A DNA stretch of 64,000 nt from Callorhinchus milii (Eukaryota), in assembly GCF_018977255.1 (NCBI RefSeq), contig NW_024704742.1, forward strand, positions 71,116,001 to 71,180,000. The letters are read 5' to 3'. The position numbers were made by a program, and so were the translations under genes. Under the pieces are notes generated by a model. It made no database searches and was not told where the DNA came from. It saw only the letters and a list, made by a program, of their open reading frames with translations. This document shows, in pieces, positions 25,700 through 37,345 of the stretch (positions within the stretch are counted from its first letter, which is position 1; every line of letters starts with the position of its first letter).

Positions 25700-25978
25700 G
25701 CACTGAAGCTCTCTACTCTAATCCATTCCCTACACGTTCCTCCCATCGTGTCTGTGCTGGTGCTCGCTCTCCCACTGGAATTCTCCACTGTAATCCCATT
25801 CCCCTGCTCGTTCCCCATCGTGTCTATGCTGGCTCGCTCCCCCACTGGAATTCTCTACTGTAATCCCATTCCGCTGCTCGTTCCCCATCGTATCTGTGCT
25901 GGTACTCGCTCCCCAGCTGAAGCTTTCTACTCTAGTCCCTTTCCCTTGCTCTTTCCTCACATCATGCCTATGCTGGTG
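25700..25978. repeat. Minisatellite, ~70-72 bp unit, ~4 copies, CR1-3'UTR related
   Basis: CCCACTGGAATTCTC at 25771 and 25841; CCCATCGTGTCTGTGCTGG-type motif recurs. Attached to a CR1 tail on the minus strand at ~25635-25700. Confidence 0.85.
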
Positions 25979-26177
25979 AAATTATTAAATATAATTTAAA
26001 AAATAAATCCCTTCATGTCCTGGCACTCCCTACCTCTCCGACCTGCTTACTCCCTAACCCACGACCCATTGCCTCTACTTGACTGGCTACGGTCTCCTAC
26101 TTGTCTGTGCCCTCCATTCCATCATCTATATGTGTATTGAAAATGTGGTCCGCCACTGTCACTGTCACTGTCACTGT

Positions 26178-27303
26178 CCCCCCGCACTGTCTCATGTGGT
26201 GTCCCTCAGGGCTCTGTCCTTGGTCCCCTCCTCTTCACCCTCTATATGCTCCCCCTGTGGTGACATCATCCGCAGACATGGGGTTAACTTCCACATGTAT
26301 GCGGATGACACCCAACTCTACCTTTCCTCCTCTACCCTCAACTCCATGACCACTGATGTCCTGACAGTCTGCCTGTCCGACATCGAGTCCTGGACGAGAG
26401 ACAACTTTCTTCAGCTCAACGTGCGAAAAACCGAGGCCCTCCTGATTGGCTCACGTCAGTGCCTCCGCACCTCAGGCGCTGACACCATCAGCATCCAAGG
26501 CTGCACTCTCCACCTCTCAAAGCCAGTCAGGAACCTCGGCGTTTTGTTCGACCCTGAGCTGTCCTTTCTCCCTCACATCCGCACCACAACTGGCACCGCC
26601 TTCCATCACCTCCGGAACATCGCCAGACTACAGCACTACCTCACCCCTCACGCCGCTGAAACCCTGGTCCACGCCTTTGTCACCTCAAGGCTGGACTATG
26701 GGAACTCTCTCCTCGCCGGCCTTCCCGCCACCTCCCTCCACACTGCAGGTCATTCAGAACTCTGCAGCTCGTGTACTGTCCCGCACCAGGCTTCGGGACC
26801 ACATCACTCCCACCCTCGCTCGCCTCCACTGGCTCCCCATCCCCCAGAGGATTGATTTCAAGATCCTCATCCTCACCTACAAGGCCATTCACGGCCTTGC
26901 TCCCTCCTACCTCTCCAACCTACTATCCCCCTACCTACCTGCCCGTACCCTCCGTTCCTCTGGCTCCGGTCTGCTCCACGTCCCCCGCCCCAACTGCCCT
27001 ACCATCAGTGGTCGGGCCTTCAGCCTCTCAGCCCCGAGGCTCTGGAACTCCATCCCCCAGTGCCTTCACCGCCTCCTCCCTTTCCTCCTTCAAGGCCGGT
27101 CTCAAGACCTTTCTCTTTGACCGAGCCTTCAGCTCCCCTCTCGACTCTCTTCCCCCTCCTCGCTCCCTCCCTTCCCTCCCCTCACCCTGACCATTTCCCC
27201 CCTGCTCGGGTCATGACCCAACTGTGCAGCGCCTTGGGACGTCCTCCTGACGTGAAAGGCGCTTTATAAATGGAATCTTGTTGTTGTTCTTGTTGTTGTT
27301 GTC
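26178..27303 (+). mobile_element. Relatively young 5'-truncated L2 LINE: RT domain to 3' tail, about 3 frameshifts (non-functional)
   Basis: GVPQGSVLGPLLFTLY (26198), HMYADDTQLY (YADD at 26298-26309), RNLGVLFD, LVHAFVTSRLDYGNSLLAG, LHWLPIPQRIDFKI, AFSLSAPRLWNS; tail GCAGCGCCTTGGGACGTCCTCCTGACGTGAAAGGCGCT + (TTG)n. Confidence 0.96.
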
Positions 27304-27604
27304 AAGCGCTCTGGGACTCAACCCTGCATGAGGGTTAACATAAAAATGCAAGTTGTTGGTGGTGGTGGTGTGTTCCATCTCCTCCCCCACGAGAGCTCTC
27401 TATTCTAATCCCATTCCCCAAATCAGACTGGGAGCTCAAGTTCTTGATATGGGGGTTGGAAGCCATATACTACCAACTGAGACAAGCTGACAACCAACAT
27501 ACACTTTGTTAGTATCTCTCCACTCCACTTGCTATCAAGTGGAACAAAGAGGATTCCAGATTCAGTCTGGATTTTCAAAAATTTAAATTAATAATAATCC
27601 TATA

Positions 27605-27957
27605 ATAACAATCCTTGCATTTGATATAGCGCCTTATCACACTGTTGAGAAGTTTTGAAGCGCTTTACAGAATATATTGTAAATTGGATTGACTGTATAT
27701 AGAATGAAACGGGTCAGCCAATTGCGCACAGCAGTGTCCCGCAAACAGTTGTGGATTGAGTGACCAAATTTTTTTAAAAGGGATTATTACCCCCAGAAAG
27801 CAATCTGTCAATCGACTTACAACCAGGTTCCCAAACAATGCTAGGTAAACAGAGACGTGTGGAGTAAGGAAACTTGCCTAAGATTTTGCCCGCCTGGGAA
27901 TCAAATCCAGGTCCTCTCATATGTGAGGCAAACGCACTAACCATACATGACAGGACA
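27605..27957 (-). mobile_element. CORE-like SINE, full length
   Basis: Family tail, core and head motifs present. Confidence 0.9.
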
Positions 27958-28147
27958 TTTTAAGACAATATTCCTTAAGCCTAAAATCATGGAGAAATTT
28001 ACGGGCCTCAGAAATTGCAAGTTAAAAATTAATTATAATAATCGCTGGCTGTCACATAACACCAATACCCTTGGATTGTCTTGAAGGAATTCACAATAGT
28101 TACTGTATTGTGCTGTGACTGTTCTTCCAGGCAAGCATGGCAGATAT

Positions 28148-28457
28148 AATAATAATAATAATAATCCTTGCATTTGATATAGTGCTTTTTCTCGACGTCT
28201 CAAAGGGCTTCACAGAATAGACTGTAAAGTGAATTGACTGGATATTTGTGGCGAAACGCGGCAGCTATTGCGCACAGTAGTGTCCCATAAACAGTCATGG
28301 ATTGAAAATGACCAATTTATTATTGTTTTGTTTTGGAGGGATTATTATTAGGTGTGTGGAGTAAGGAAACTTGCCCAAGCTTCGCCCTGCCTGGAATTGA
28401 ACCCAGGTAACTCGCTTGCAAGGCGAGTGCTCTAACCACTGAGCTACATGACTCCAC
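28148..28457 (-). mobile_element. CORE-like SINE with internal deletion
   Basis: Tail at 28148 and head ...CTAACCACTGAGCTACATGACTCC. Confidence 0.88.
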
Positions 28458-28603
28458 TACCCCATAATCATTCATGGAGAGTGACCAATTTTATCTGGGG
28501 GATTGTTCGCCAGGACACCGGGAGAGAGAAACTCCCTTCTCGTTTCCATAGTCCGCCTAAACAGGGCACAGATGACAGCTTGGTTTTCAATAAAGAGATA
28601 GCA

Positions 28604-29005
28604 GGTCAGCCCAACTCAGTTGGTAACACTCTCCCCTCTAAACATAGAGGGTGAGAGTTCGAGCTCCACATCTTTGAGCTCACAGTCTAGTTTTACGCTC
28701 CAGTGCAGTGCTGGGGGAGCACTGCATTGTCAGAGATGCTATCCTTCGGTTGAGACATTAAGCCAAGTTTCTGCCCTGTTCAAGTGGGCATTAAAGATCT
28801 TGCGGGGTTACTCAAAAAGAATTTCTCTCTCCCAGATAAGCTTGGCCACTCGCTTAATGGCTGTGGGACACCGCTGTTCACAAATTGGCTGCCACAATCG
28901 CCTACAAAATACACAGTCACTACACTTTACAGTCAAATCCTATGAAGCATATTGAAACGTCCTGCAAACAGGAAATGTGCTGCATCTATACCAACGATTA
29001 TTAAT
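28604..29005 (+). mobile_element. Deu-domain SINE
   Basis: GTCAGCCCAACTCAGTTGGTAACACTCTC head and CAGTGCAGTGCTGGGGGAGCACTGCATTGTCAGAG core. Confidence 0.83.
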
Positions 29006-29083
29006 AGTCCTATGTACTATATCGGGCACAGATCTCCTTCAGAGAACCCAGCCCTGAACCTTAAACTTCCACACAAGGACTCG

Positions 29084-29122
<39 letters not shown>

Positions 29123-29476
29123 AGCCTGTGCTGTCTCCTCACATTAACACTCCCCTTTACTTCACTACTCACGACAGAGACAAATGACTGCCTTTTTTCC
29201 TCTGAGCTCATTCGCATCCGCAACTGCCAGACCCTAGTAATACATCACTCAGTAAAAGGGAGGCCGACGGTAGTGCAGGCCCCATTACAGATCAGCGGTC
29301 ACTGGAACGCACATGTGTGTAAGCTTCAGATCCTTTTAGTCACGTTACTGTCCGATTAAGCCAGAATAAATGGAGCAGCCATCTCTGACACAGTGATCAT
29401 TTATACACCCCATTGGTTCACGTTCTCTATGAGGCCGGTACAGGGTTATTTTTCTACGTCCAATGGGACATTAAAC

Positions 29477-29755
29477 CTGTAGCTCAGTGGTTAGCGTGCT
29501 TGCCTCGCAAGCGAGAGGACCCAGGTTCGATTCCAGGGCGTGAAAAACATTAGGCAAGCTTGCTCACTACACACACCTCTGTTTACCTAGCAGTATGAAG
29601 GAACCTGGGCATTAGTCAATTGACGGATCGCTTTTCCCAGGTAATAATCCCTCCCCACAAAAAATAATAATAATTTGGTCACTCAATCCACGACTGTGAG
29701 GCATAGCTGTGTGCAATTGGCTGCCGCATTTTGCCCACAGTTATTCCAACGTACA
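29477..29755 (+). mobile_element. CORE-like SINE, 3' truncated
   Basis: CTGTAGCTCAGTGGTTAGCGTGCTTGCCTCGCAAGCGAGAGGACCCAGGTTCGATTCC tRNA-like head. Confidence 0.88.
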
Positions 29756-29964
29756 ATATATTAAGTGTTCCGAGACACTACCCTGCGATCCCTCTCTCCA
29801 CCCAGCTGGGCTTCAAACCACGTCATCATTAAGTGCTCAAGATAAATGCAAGCTGTCGTTGTTGTTTTTGCTGTGGCCTGTTCAGGTGGATATTAAAAGT
29901 TCCAATTCACTACTCAAAGAGAGGATGGAATTTCTCCCAGTACCCTGGCCAACAATCTCCCCAA

Positions 29965-30655
29965 TAAACAACACAACAAAATTACATTTGTAAATTGCCT
30001 TTCACATCAGGAGGACATACCAAGGCACTGAACAGTCATGAATCAGGACCTGAGCGTGGAGGGGCAGGGTTGAGGTGAAGGAAGGAAGAAAGGTATGAGG
30101 GTGGCTGAAGACAGTTGAAAAGAGGGTCTTGAGTCATGCCTTGAAAGAGGCAAGAGAGGGAGCAAGGTGAAAGGATTGTGGGATGGACTTCCAGAGAGTG
30201 GGGGCAGAGAGGCTGAAAGCCTGGCCACCGATGGTGGTGGAGGGGGGGAGGAGGCATGTGGGAGACATGGAGCAGGCAGGTTGATAGGGTTTAACATGTC
30301 AGAGATGTAGGAGGAGGCAAGACCATCGAGGGTGTGAAAGTGAGGACGAGGATTTTGAACCCTATCCTCTGAGGGATAGGGAGCCAGTGGAGCCAGGCGA
30401 GGGTGGAGATGATGGAGTAACGGAGGCTGGTGCGGAAGAGGACATGAGCTGCAGAGTTCTGGATGATCTGCAGCTTGTGGAGGGAAGAGTTGGGGAGGCC
30501 GACAAGGAGGGAGTTTCCATAGTTGAGCATAGAGGTGAGGAATGCGTGTATGAGGGTTTTGGTGGCCTGAGGGGTGAGACAGTGGTAGAGTCGGGCAATG
30601 TTGCCGAGATGGGGGAAGGCAGAGTGGGTCAAGGCACAAAGTTGGTCGTTTAAAA
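29965..30655 (-). mobile_element. L2 LINE 3' fragment
   Basis: HLGNIARLYHCLTPQATKTLIHAFLTSMLNYGNSLLVGLPNSSLHKLQIIQNSAA...LHWLPIPQRI, plus tail. Confidence 0.92.
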
Positions 30656-30694
30656 TCCCCGCATGTCAAATGACCAGCTGGTGACTACCATCCT

Positions 30695-31135
30695 GGAGTG
30701 GGTGGTGGGGAGGCAGGGGATGAACTGGCTCCAAGGTGACGTGCTTCACAATGGAATGTCAGAATCGAGCCCGCCCTCTGTGACGGTCTCTAGTCCGGTT
30801 CCTGAGCCAGGCGGGTCTGCAGTATTGCAGGGCACTGCTGATGACAGCATAGCCCAGCCTGGCTCATCGGCAGGACTTGAAAGGGCAGACCAGTCACTGA
30901 GGTTAGGGTTCATCCCACTCAGCTCCCATTAACCCTGCAAGCCAAAGCCCAAACAGGTAGGGTGGTCCGAGCTGGACAAGCAGCAGGAAAGCTTGCCAGA
31001 CAGTGCTCTCAAAGGCAAGCTATTTGGTTTAGCTGGCTTGACTCCAGCTGCTACCCCAATGCACACTCTGGGGTCCCCAAGCCTTGGCTCTCGACACTTT
31101 GTTCCTCATACTCTCTCATACAACCAATGGTGGAG
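30695..31135 (+). repeat. Unclassified dispersed repeat, copy 1 (orientation arbitrary)
   Basis: Aligns by eye with 33040-33370. Further fragments at ~60567-60610 and ~13603-13650 (mirror ~6285-6330). Confidence 0.85.
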
Positions 31136-31861
31136 TGGAGGGAATGAGAGATGTGCATGAGGCCAGAGCCAGCTGAATGAAGTTAGTATAAGCCGGTCGG
31201 AGAGGTAGGGAAGTGCCAGGTCGTGAAGTGATTGGAGGATCTTGAAATCGATCCGTTCTGCAACAGGGAGCCAGTGGAGCTGGGCAATGGCTTAGAAATA
31301 CACAGTCACTACACTTGACAGCAACTATCTGGGAAGCTTTGAGACCGAGAAGACGTGAAAAGCGCTATATCAAATGCAAGGATTATTATTATTATAAGTA
31401 TTTTGAGATACTTGACGCTGTATCAAACTAAATGATCGCTATTATTATTATCATTATTGCTTTACATCCATCTATTTTATAACCCAATTAGTGGAGATCT
31501 CAGGCTGTGTGCTGTATGAGCGATGATTCTGTGCATGTGAGAGAGAGAGCGAGGGAGAGAGAGAGCAAGTGAGCGCGAGACAGATCGTGGCAGTATAATG
31601 CTGACAGCCCCTCAACCAGCCGTTCTGTCACTGCACCGAAAACACACAATAACAAGGGGAGCTCGAGATTAAGCTAATGAGAGCATTGTCGGAGCAATTT
31701 CATTCCTGTCATTGGTGAATTGTCTTTAAATTACTCCTCGCTGAATGCTGATTAAGATGTCTCTCTGCTTCCCATGCTGTTCTCTCCAAAACTCGCCCCG
31801 GGCTGGGTTTATGAGCCGCTGCAAATTCACTTAGTGACTGAGCTGCTGACGGGTGTGTTTT

Positions 31862-31978
31862 TTCATAGAATCTTAGAAACCTACAGCACAGAAGGAGGCC
31901 ATTCAGCCCATCGTGCCTGTGCGGCTCTTTGAAAGAATTACCAACTAGTCTCACTCCCCCTCTCTTACCCCATAGCAC
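31862..31978 (-). mobile_element. CR1 3' UTR/tail
   Basis: Minus strand TTCAAAGAGCCGCACAGGCACGATGGGCTGAATGGCCTCCTTCTGTGCTGTAGGTTTCTAAGATTCTATG. Confidence 0.85.
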
Positions 31979-32364
31979 TGAAGTGTGAAAGAGGAAGGTC
32001 TTGAGATGGGCCTTTAAGGAGGTAAGGGAGAGGGCGAGGCAGAGGGGCTCTGGGATGGAGTTCCAGAGGGTGGGGGCAGAAAGGTTGAAGGCCTGACCGC
32101 CAATGGTGGGGTAAGCAGGGTGGAGGATGTGAAACAGGCCAGTTTCAACCATTCTGCGCTAGCTCTTTGAAACTCCATTCTTTCACTCATCTCCCTCCTT
32201 CCCTCACTTCCAACTTTCAAAGGCCACTCATGACTGTACTTTATGCCATCTTTTTCCCCAATCCCCCTCCCCACCTTACCCTCTTCGCCCATCTTGGCTC
32301 TGGTGCCCTGCAGAGAACCATTCCCCCAATGTGAACGGTACTGTGTAAATGTAAAACTCATTGT

Positions 32365-32763
32365 GGAGTTCTGTAGCTCAGTGGTTAGAGCACTCATGTC
32401 GCAAGTGAGAGAATCTGGGTTCGATTCCTGGGCAAGGTGAAATGTTGGACAAATTTTCTTACTCCATACGCCGCTGCTTACTTAGAATATGTAGGAACCC
32501 CATTGTTACTCGATTGGTGGATCACTTTTCCGGGGGTAATAATCCCTTAAAAAAAGTAATTAAAAAGATAATAATAATAATTTGGTCACTCAATCCACGA
32601 CTGTTTGTGGGACACTACTGTGCGCAATTTGCTGCTGAGTTTCGTCCACAAAATACACAGTCAATTTACTTTACAGTTTATTCTGTGAAGCGCTTTGAGA
32701 TGTCTTGAAGATGTGTTAAGGCGCTATATCAAATGCAAGGATTATTATTATTATTATTATTAT
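32365..32763 (+). mobile_element. Full-length CORE-like SINE
   Basis: GGAGTTCTGTAGCTCAGTGGTTAGAGCAC head through (TTA)n tail. Confidence 0.93.
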
Positions 32764-33039
32764 ATTGTTAAACGCATGATCTATCCTCGCAGTGATTCAG
32801 ACACCAGTCCTCATGCCCTGATAATGAGTTTAGTTTTTAATGGTTTTATCCTGTCACACTTGTAATTCATAATTAAATTGTGAGCTATTGCAAAACATTT
32901 CACAAATATCCCAGCACAATGGAGGAACATATGGCACTGAACATTATAGCTATAACAGCCCAAGAGAGCTAACAGTCGAGCACATCGCTGAGATTTCCTG
33001 GACATAATGACATTGTTTAATAATGACATCTCCCCATGA

Positions 33040-33370
33040 TTGCCCTTGGTGGGGAGGTAAGCGGGTCTCCTCAGAGCTGAGCTGGCTCCAAGGTGACATG
33101 CTTGGTAATGAATGTCAGAATCGAGTCCACCCTCCGTGACGGTCTCTAGTCCAGTTCCTGAGCTAGGCGGGTCTGCACTATTCCAGGGCACTACTGATGA
33201 GAGCGCAGCCCAGCCTGGCTCATCGGCAGGACTTGGAAGGTCAGACCAGTTACTGGGTGTAGGGAATCCTCCCCCTTGACTCCTGTTAACCCAGCAAGCC
33301 AAAGCACTAATAGGTAGAGCGTGCTCCTAGCAGCAGGAAACTTGCCAGACAGTGCTCAGTTACAAGCCCT
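33040..33370 (+). repeat. Unclassified dispersed repeat, copy 2
   Basis: Shares CTGGCTCCAAGGTGAC, GAATGTCAGAATCGAG, GTGACGGTCTCTAGTCC and GCCCAGCCTGGCTCATCGGCAGGACTTG with copy 1. Confidence 0.85.
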
Positions 33371-33379
33371 CTATCCCCT

Positions 33380-33680
33380 GAGTCAGTAAGGGTGGGTTCA
33401 AAATCCCACGTCAGGGCTTTGAGCTCAGAGTCCAGCCTGATGATTCAGCGCAGCACTGGGGGGAGCACTGCATTGTTGGAGGTGCCGTCTCCACTCCTTT
33501 TCAATCGCACTGTGGGATTTTTTAACATCCACCTGAACAGGCACAAACAGGACCTCAGTTTAACTGGGTCTGATCTGAAGAACGGCACCTCAAACAATGC
33601 AGCGCTCCCCCCAACACTGCGCTGGAGCATCAGCCTGGACTGTGAGCTCAGAGTCCCCCAAAAAAGGCTTGATCCCACTG
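33380..33680. mobile_element. Two Deu-SINE 5' fragments in inverted (fold-back) arrangement
   Basis: 33420-33488 is similar to the reverse complement of 33582-33650. Confidence 0.8.
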
Positions 33681-34561
33681 ACATGGAGGCGAGGGGAGGG
33701 CACAAGGGACAATTAGGAGGCTGGAGGCAGCCGAGCGGAGGCAGTGGGTAGTGGAGCGGGGGGTAAACAGGTCGAACAGGTCTTAACATTTGTGGTAGCT
33801 CAGATATTCTTGAGTCCAGCCTTGATAGAGAAAGAAGTTTTTTTTTGGAAGTAACTGCAATTGGGGGTGGGGAGGGAATAAAGTGTCTCTGAAATTCACA
33901 CAGGATTTGAATTTCCACGATTCCACAGCAACTTAAATTCAAAACCGAAACAGTGTGATAGATTGGGATGAGGGAAAGATGGAGAAGGAGAGAAAAGGTT
34001 ACAAAGGGAGGAACGGTGAAGAGATAGAAGGAGCGAGGGAGGAAAGGAGGGATGGAGGAATGGAAGGAAGAGAAGAGATAGAAGGAGGGACTGAGGGAGG
34101 GACGGAGGGAGAGAGAGGGAGAAAGGGAGGGAGGGAGGGAGGGAGGGAGCGAGGGAGGGAGCGAGGGTGGGAGGTGGGGAGGGTGAAAGGAAGGGAGGCA
34201 GGGAAGGAGGGAATCCAAGGCACATTCTTGCATTGCATTGGAATTTTTTTAAAAGTTGAAAATATAAAAAAAAACATAGAAATGAATATTTTAACCTCTC
34301 CTGTGTTGCGAGCAGGGTATTTTTAGACACTCTCGTCCGGATTAAAGTCTGCAGAGAGGGAGGAATTGTCAATGAGTAGCAAGTGACCTTGCCTGTCAGC
34401 ACGGAGGGGCCTGGCAATGTCCCGATTGCAATGTAAACCAATTACCAGCGCTCGCTCCAATATGGTAACACAACAGGGGGGAGGTTCAGTCTGACAGCCG
34501 CAGTGGAAATAAATGCCCATAGTCTACCACTCATTCAAGTCACTCCCACCTCAGCCTCCTG

Positions 34562-35280
34562 CAAGATACTCTTTCCTCTGGTGAGGGAATCCAGAAAGAG
34601 GGACAGAATCTTCACATTAGAGCTTGCCCGGTTAGGAGTGAAACAAGGAAGCATTTTTATTTAATAATATATATTGGAATATATTATTATTATATAATAA
34701 TAGTAATAATCCTTGCATTTGATATAACACTTTATCAAGTTGTTGAGATGTCCCAAAGCGCTTTGCAGGATATACTGCAAAGTGAATTGACTGTGTATTC
34801 TGTGGGCAAAACGTGGCAGCCAATTGCGCACAGTAGTGTCCCACTATCAGTCGTGGATTGAGTGACCAATTTTTTTTGAGACATTCTTACACCCAGAAAA
34901 CAGTCTGCCGATCGACTAACAACTGCTGGGTAAACAGAGGCGTGTGGAGTAAGGAAACTTGCCTAAGTTTTCGGCCCGCCTGGGAATCAAATCCCAGTCT
35001 TCTAGATTGCGAGGTGAGCGCTCTCACCACTACTCAAAAGGATTCCATATTTTTCCACAAAGGCTTGGGGAGATCTGAAACTCTCTCCCCCAAAAGGCTA
35101 TCGATGCTGGGTCAATTAGAATTTTCAAAACTGAGGTCAATAGATATGTGTTAGGTGAGGGTAGTGTGGGATTTAGAGAAAAGGTGATTAAATGGAATTA
35201 AGGTACAGATCAGCCATGATCTAAAAGAATGGTGGAATAGGCTGGAGGGCTGAATTGTTGACTCTTATTCCTATGTTCTG
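34562..35280 (+). mobile_element. CR1 3' fragment interrupted by a full CORE-like SINE (~34695-35047, -)
   Basis: LFPLVRESRKRGQNL-type sequence before the SINE; CR1 tail CAGATCAGCCATGATCT...GGCTGAAT...CTCTTATTCCTATGTTC after it. Confidence 0.8.
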
Positions 35281-35589
35281 AGAGGTTCAGGTGAAGAAGA
35301 CCCTTCGGATCATTTTATCTCATCTATCCTGAATGATGCCTACACTCCCAACCCCCACACTACCAGTAATGTGGGTCAAAATGTGTCTTAATACTACTTT
35401 ACACGGTGGGGGGGACAGGGAGGGAGCACCTGTCAGAGGAAATGAGACATTAAACCGAGCTCCACGTCTGTGCCTGTTCAAGCGGACATTAAAGATCACG
35501 CGGCGCTGTTAGGAAACGCGAAGGGATTTTCTCTCCCCGGGTTTCAAAGGCTGACAATTCCCCAGATTAATGACTCGTCCACTTTGTGG

Positions 35590-35890
35590 CCATTTCAAAG
35601 TGCTTCACAGGCAATCATTGCCAAGTTACTGTGTGTTTTCTAGGAAAACGTTGCGGCCAATTTGCACACAGCAACATCTGCAAACAGCCATGGAGTGAGT
35701 CACTGATTTTATCTGAGGGATTGTTGGCCAGGACACCGGGAGAGAGAAACTACCTTCTTTTTTCCAATAGTGCCATGGGATCTTTAACATCCACCTGAAC
35801 AGGGCACAGAATGGGGAGTGAGGTCTCATCCAAAGGATGGCATCTCCGACATTGCAGCACTCCCCCTCAGCACTGAGCTGGAGTGTCAGC
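35590..35890 (-). mobile_element. Deu-domain SINE
   Basis: GATCTTTAACATCCACCTGAACAG and GCAGCACTCCCCCTCAGCACTG motifs. Confidence 0.83.
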
Positions 35891-37159
35891 CAAACTCTGT
35901 TTGTGTGTATGTATCATGAGGGTGGGTGGGGGGGGCAATGCTTGAATGTGTAACCATCACACCCATAGGTGAGAGACTGAGCTGGGTTGAGCAGCCAGGC
36001 GCTTTGGTAGAACTTGCGATGCTGTACCGCTGTGAGCCATTGTGTAACAGTCTGTCTCTGCCCCACCGCAATCACCTTAACTCCATTGAGAGCAAAAAAA
36101 AGCAAGGACGTTTCAACCTTAACCTTGGTCTCTCGCTTCCCCTTCTCTCCTCCTCTCCTCACCGCCTCCTTCCCTCACTCCCTTGCTCTATCCCTCAATC
36201 TCTCCCTCCCTCTATTCTTCTATTCCTCGCTTTATCGTTCCCTCCCTGCCTCTCCCAATGATACAGCTGGCAGCCCTCAAAGTGGGAAAGTGCAAATTTT
36301 TTTTTATTAAATAAACTGGAGAGAAAAAACGCAGTGAAAATAGCCAGCGGGGAGGGGGGGGAAATGAATAAATCGGGAATTGAAGGCGGAGGGTGCGAAT
36401 CTGCACGGGAGGGGGTAGTGAGTGGAAATGTTTCTTTAATATATATGTTATATATATAAAAACATTAGCCACAGAGTGTGGCATGGCTTGATGTCTTTGC
36501 GAATTCAGATTACGGGATTGGCGTGGAGTCTTTCACATGACCTATGAGGAGAGGGGCTCCCCCGGTCTCGCTGCTCATCCATCATCGGGCCCAATGTGTG
36601 CTTTAATTACTGTGTCAGAGCAGACAACACGCTCGTGCCTTCCAGGCGAAGACGGCCAGCCCAGCTTTCGCTCTCCATAATCAGCTCAGCTCCTAAATTT
36701 ATCTCTCCATTAGAACTCATCTGTCACCAGCCTCTTCCTGTCACTTGCCCTGTCACTTTGCAAGACGATGGCTTAACGCTTTGTGTACCGGGAGTTGTCA
36801 CTGATCTGCTTTCCCTCGCCCCACCTACCAAACACTGTCCTCTCGCTACTCACTCCCCTCCCTACCCCCACCCCAACACCGTGAAAGACTCTCGCCCACC
36901 CCCATCTCCCCCCTTCCCCCCCTCACCCCTCCTGCTATCACCTCACTGTTCCCTTCCCCCACCCCCACCCTGATATCTCTCCCTCTCATCCACCCTCACA
37001 ATCACTGTCCCTCCCCCTCTCCCCCAGCCTCGCACCATGAATGTTAAGTCTGGTGTTGGGATGTCCTTGCGACGTGAAAGACGCAATATAATTTATTAAT
37101 TTATTTTATATTGCTGTTGTTGTTAGTGGCCTGCTCTCTCCCCATCGTGTCTGTACTTC

Positions 37160-37345
37160 TCTTCAACCGTGCCTTCACCTCCCCTTTCGACTCTCTGCCC
37201 CCTCCTCGCTCCCTCCCTTCCCTGCCCTCACCCTGACCATTTCCCCACTGCTCGGGTCCCGACCCAACTGTCCAGTGCTTTGGGACGTCCTCCCGACATG
37301 AAAGGCGCTCTATAAATGCAATCTTGTTGTTGTTGTTGTTGTTGT
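37160..37345 (+). mobile_element. L2 3' tail (same subfamily as 26178-27303) inserted in a CR1-derived minisatellite unit
   Basis: Close match to 27117-27300 with (TTG)n tail. Flanks CCCATCGTGTCTGTACT / GTACTGGTGCTCACTTCCCCACTGGAG. Confidence 0.9.

Noticed and set aside
25700..25978. Regularly spaced repeats resembling a CRISPR array
   Set aside because: Whole units repeat with no unique spacers, the context is eukaryotic, and there are no cas genes.
26079..27120. 258-aa and 224-aa RT-containing ORFs as a functional or domesticated gene
   Set aside because: 5'-truncated L2 with frameshifts at ~26250, ~26740 and ~27068 and an intact retrotransposon tail.
30835..30900. CTGATGA as a hammerhead core or C/D-box snoRNA
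   Set aside because: No stem II closing onto GAAA, and neither GAAA nor the CTGA D box is conserved in the 33040 copy. CTGATGA is instead paired within a hairpin.
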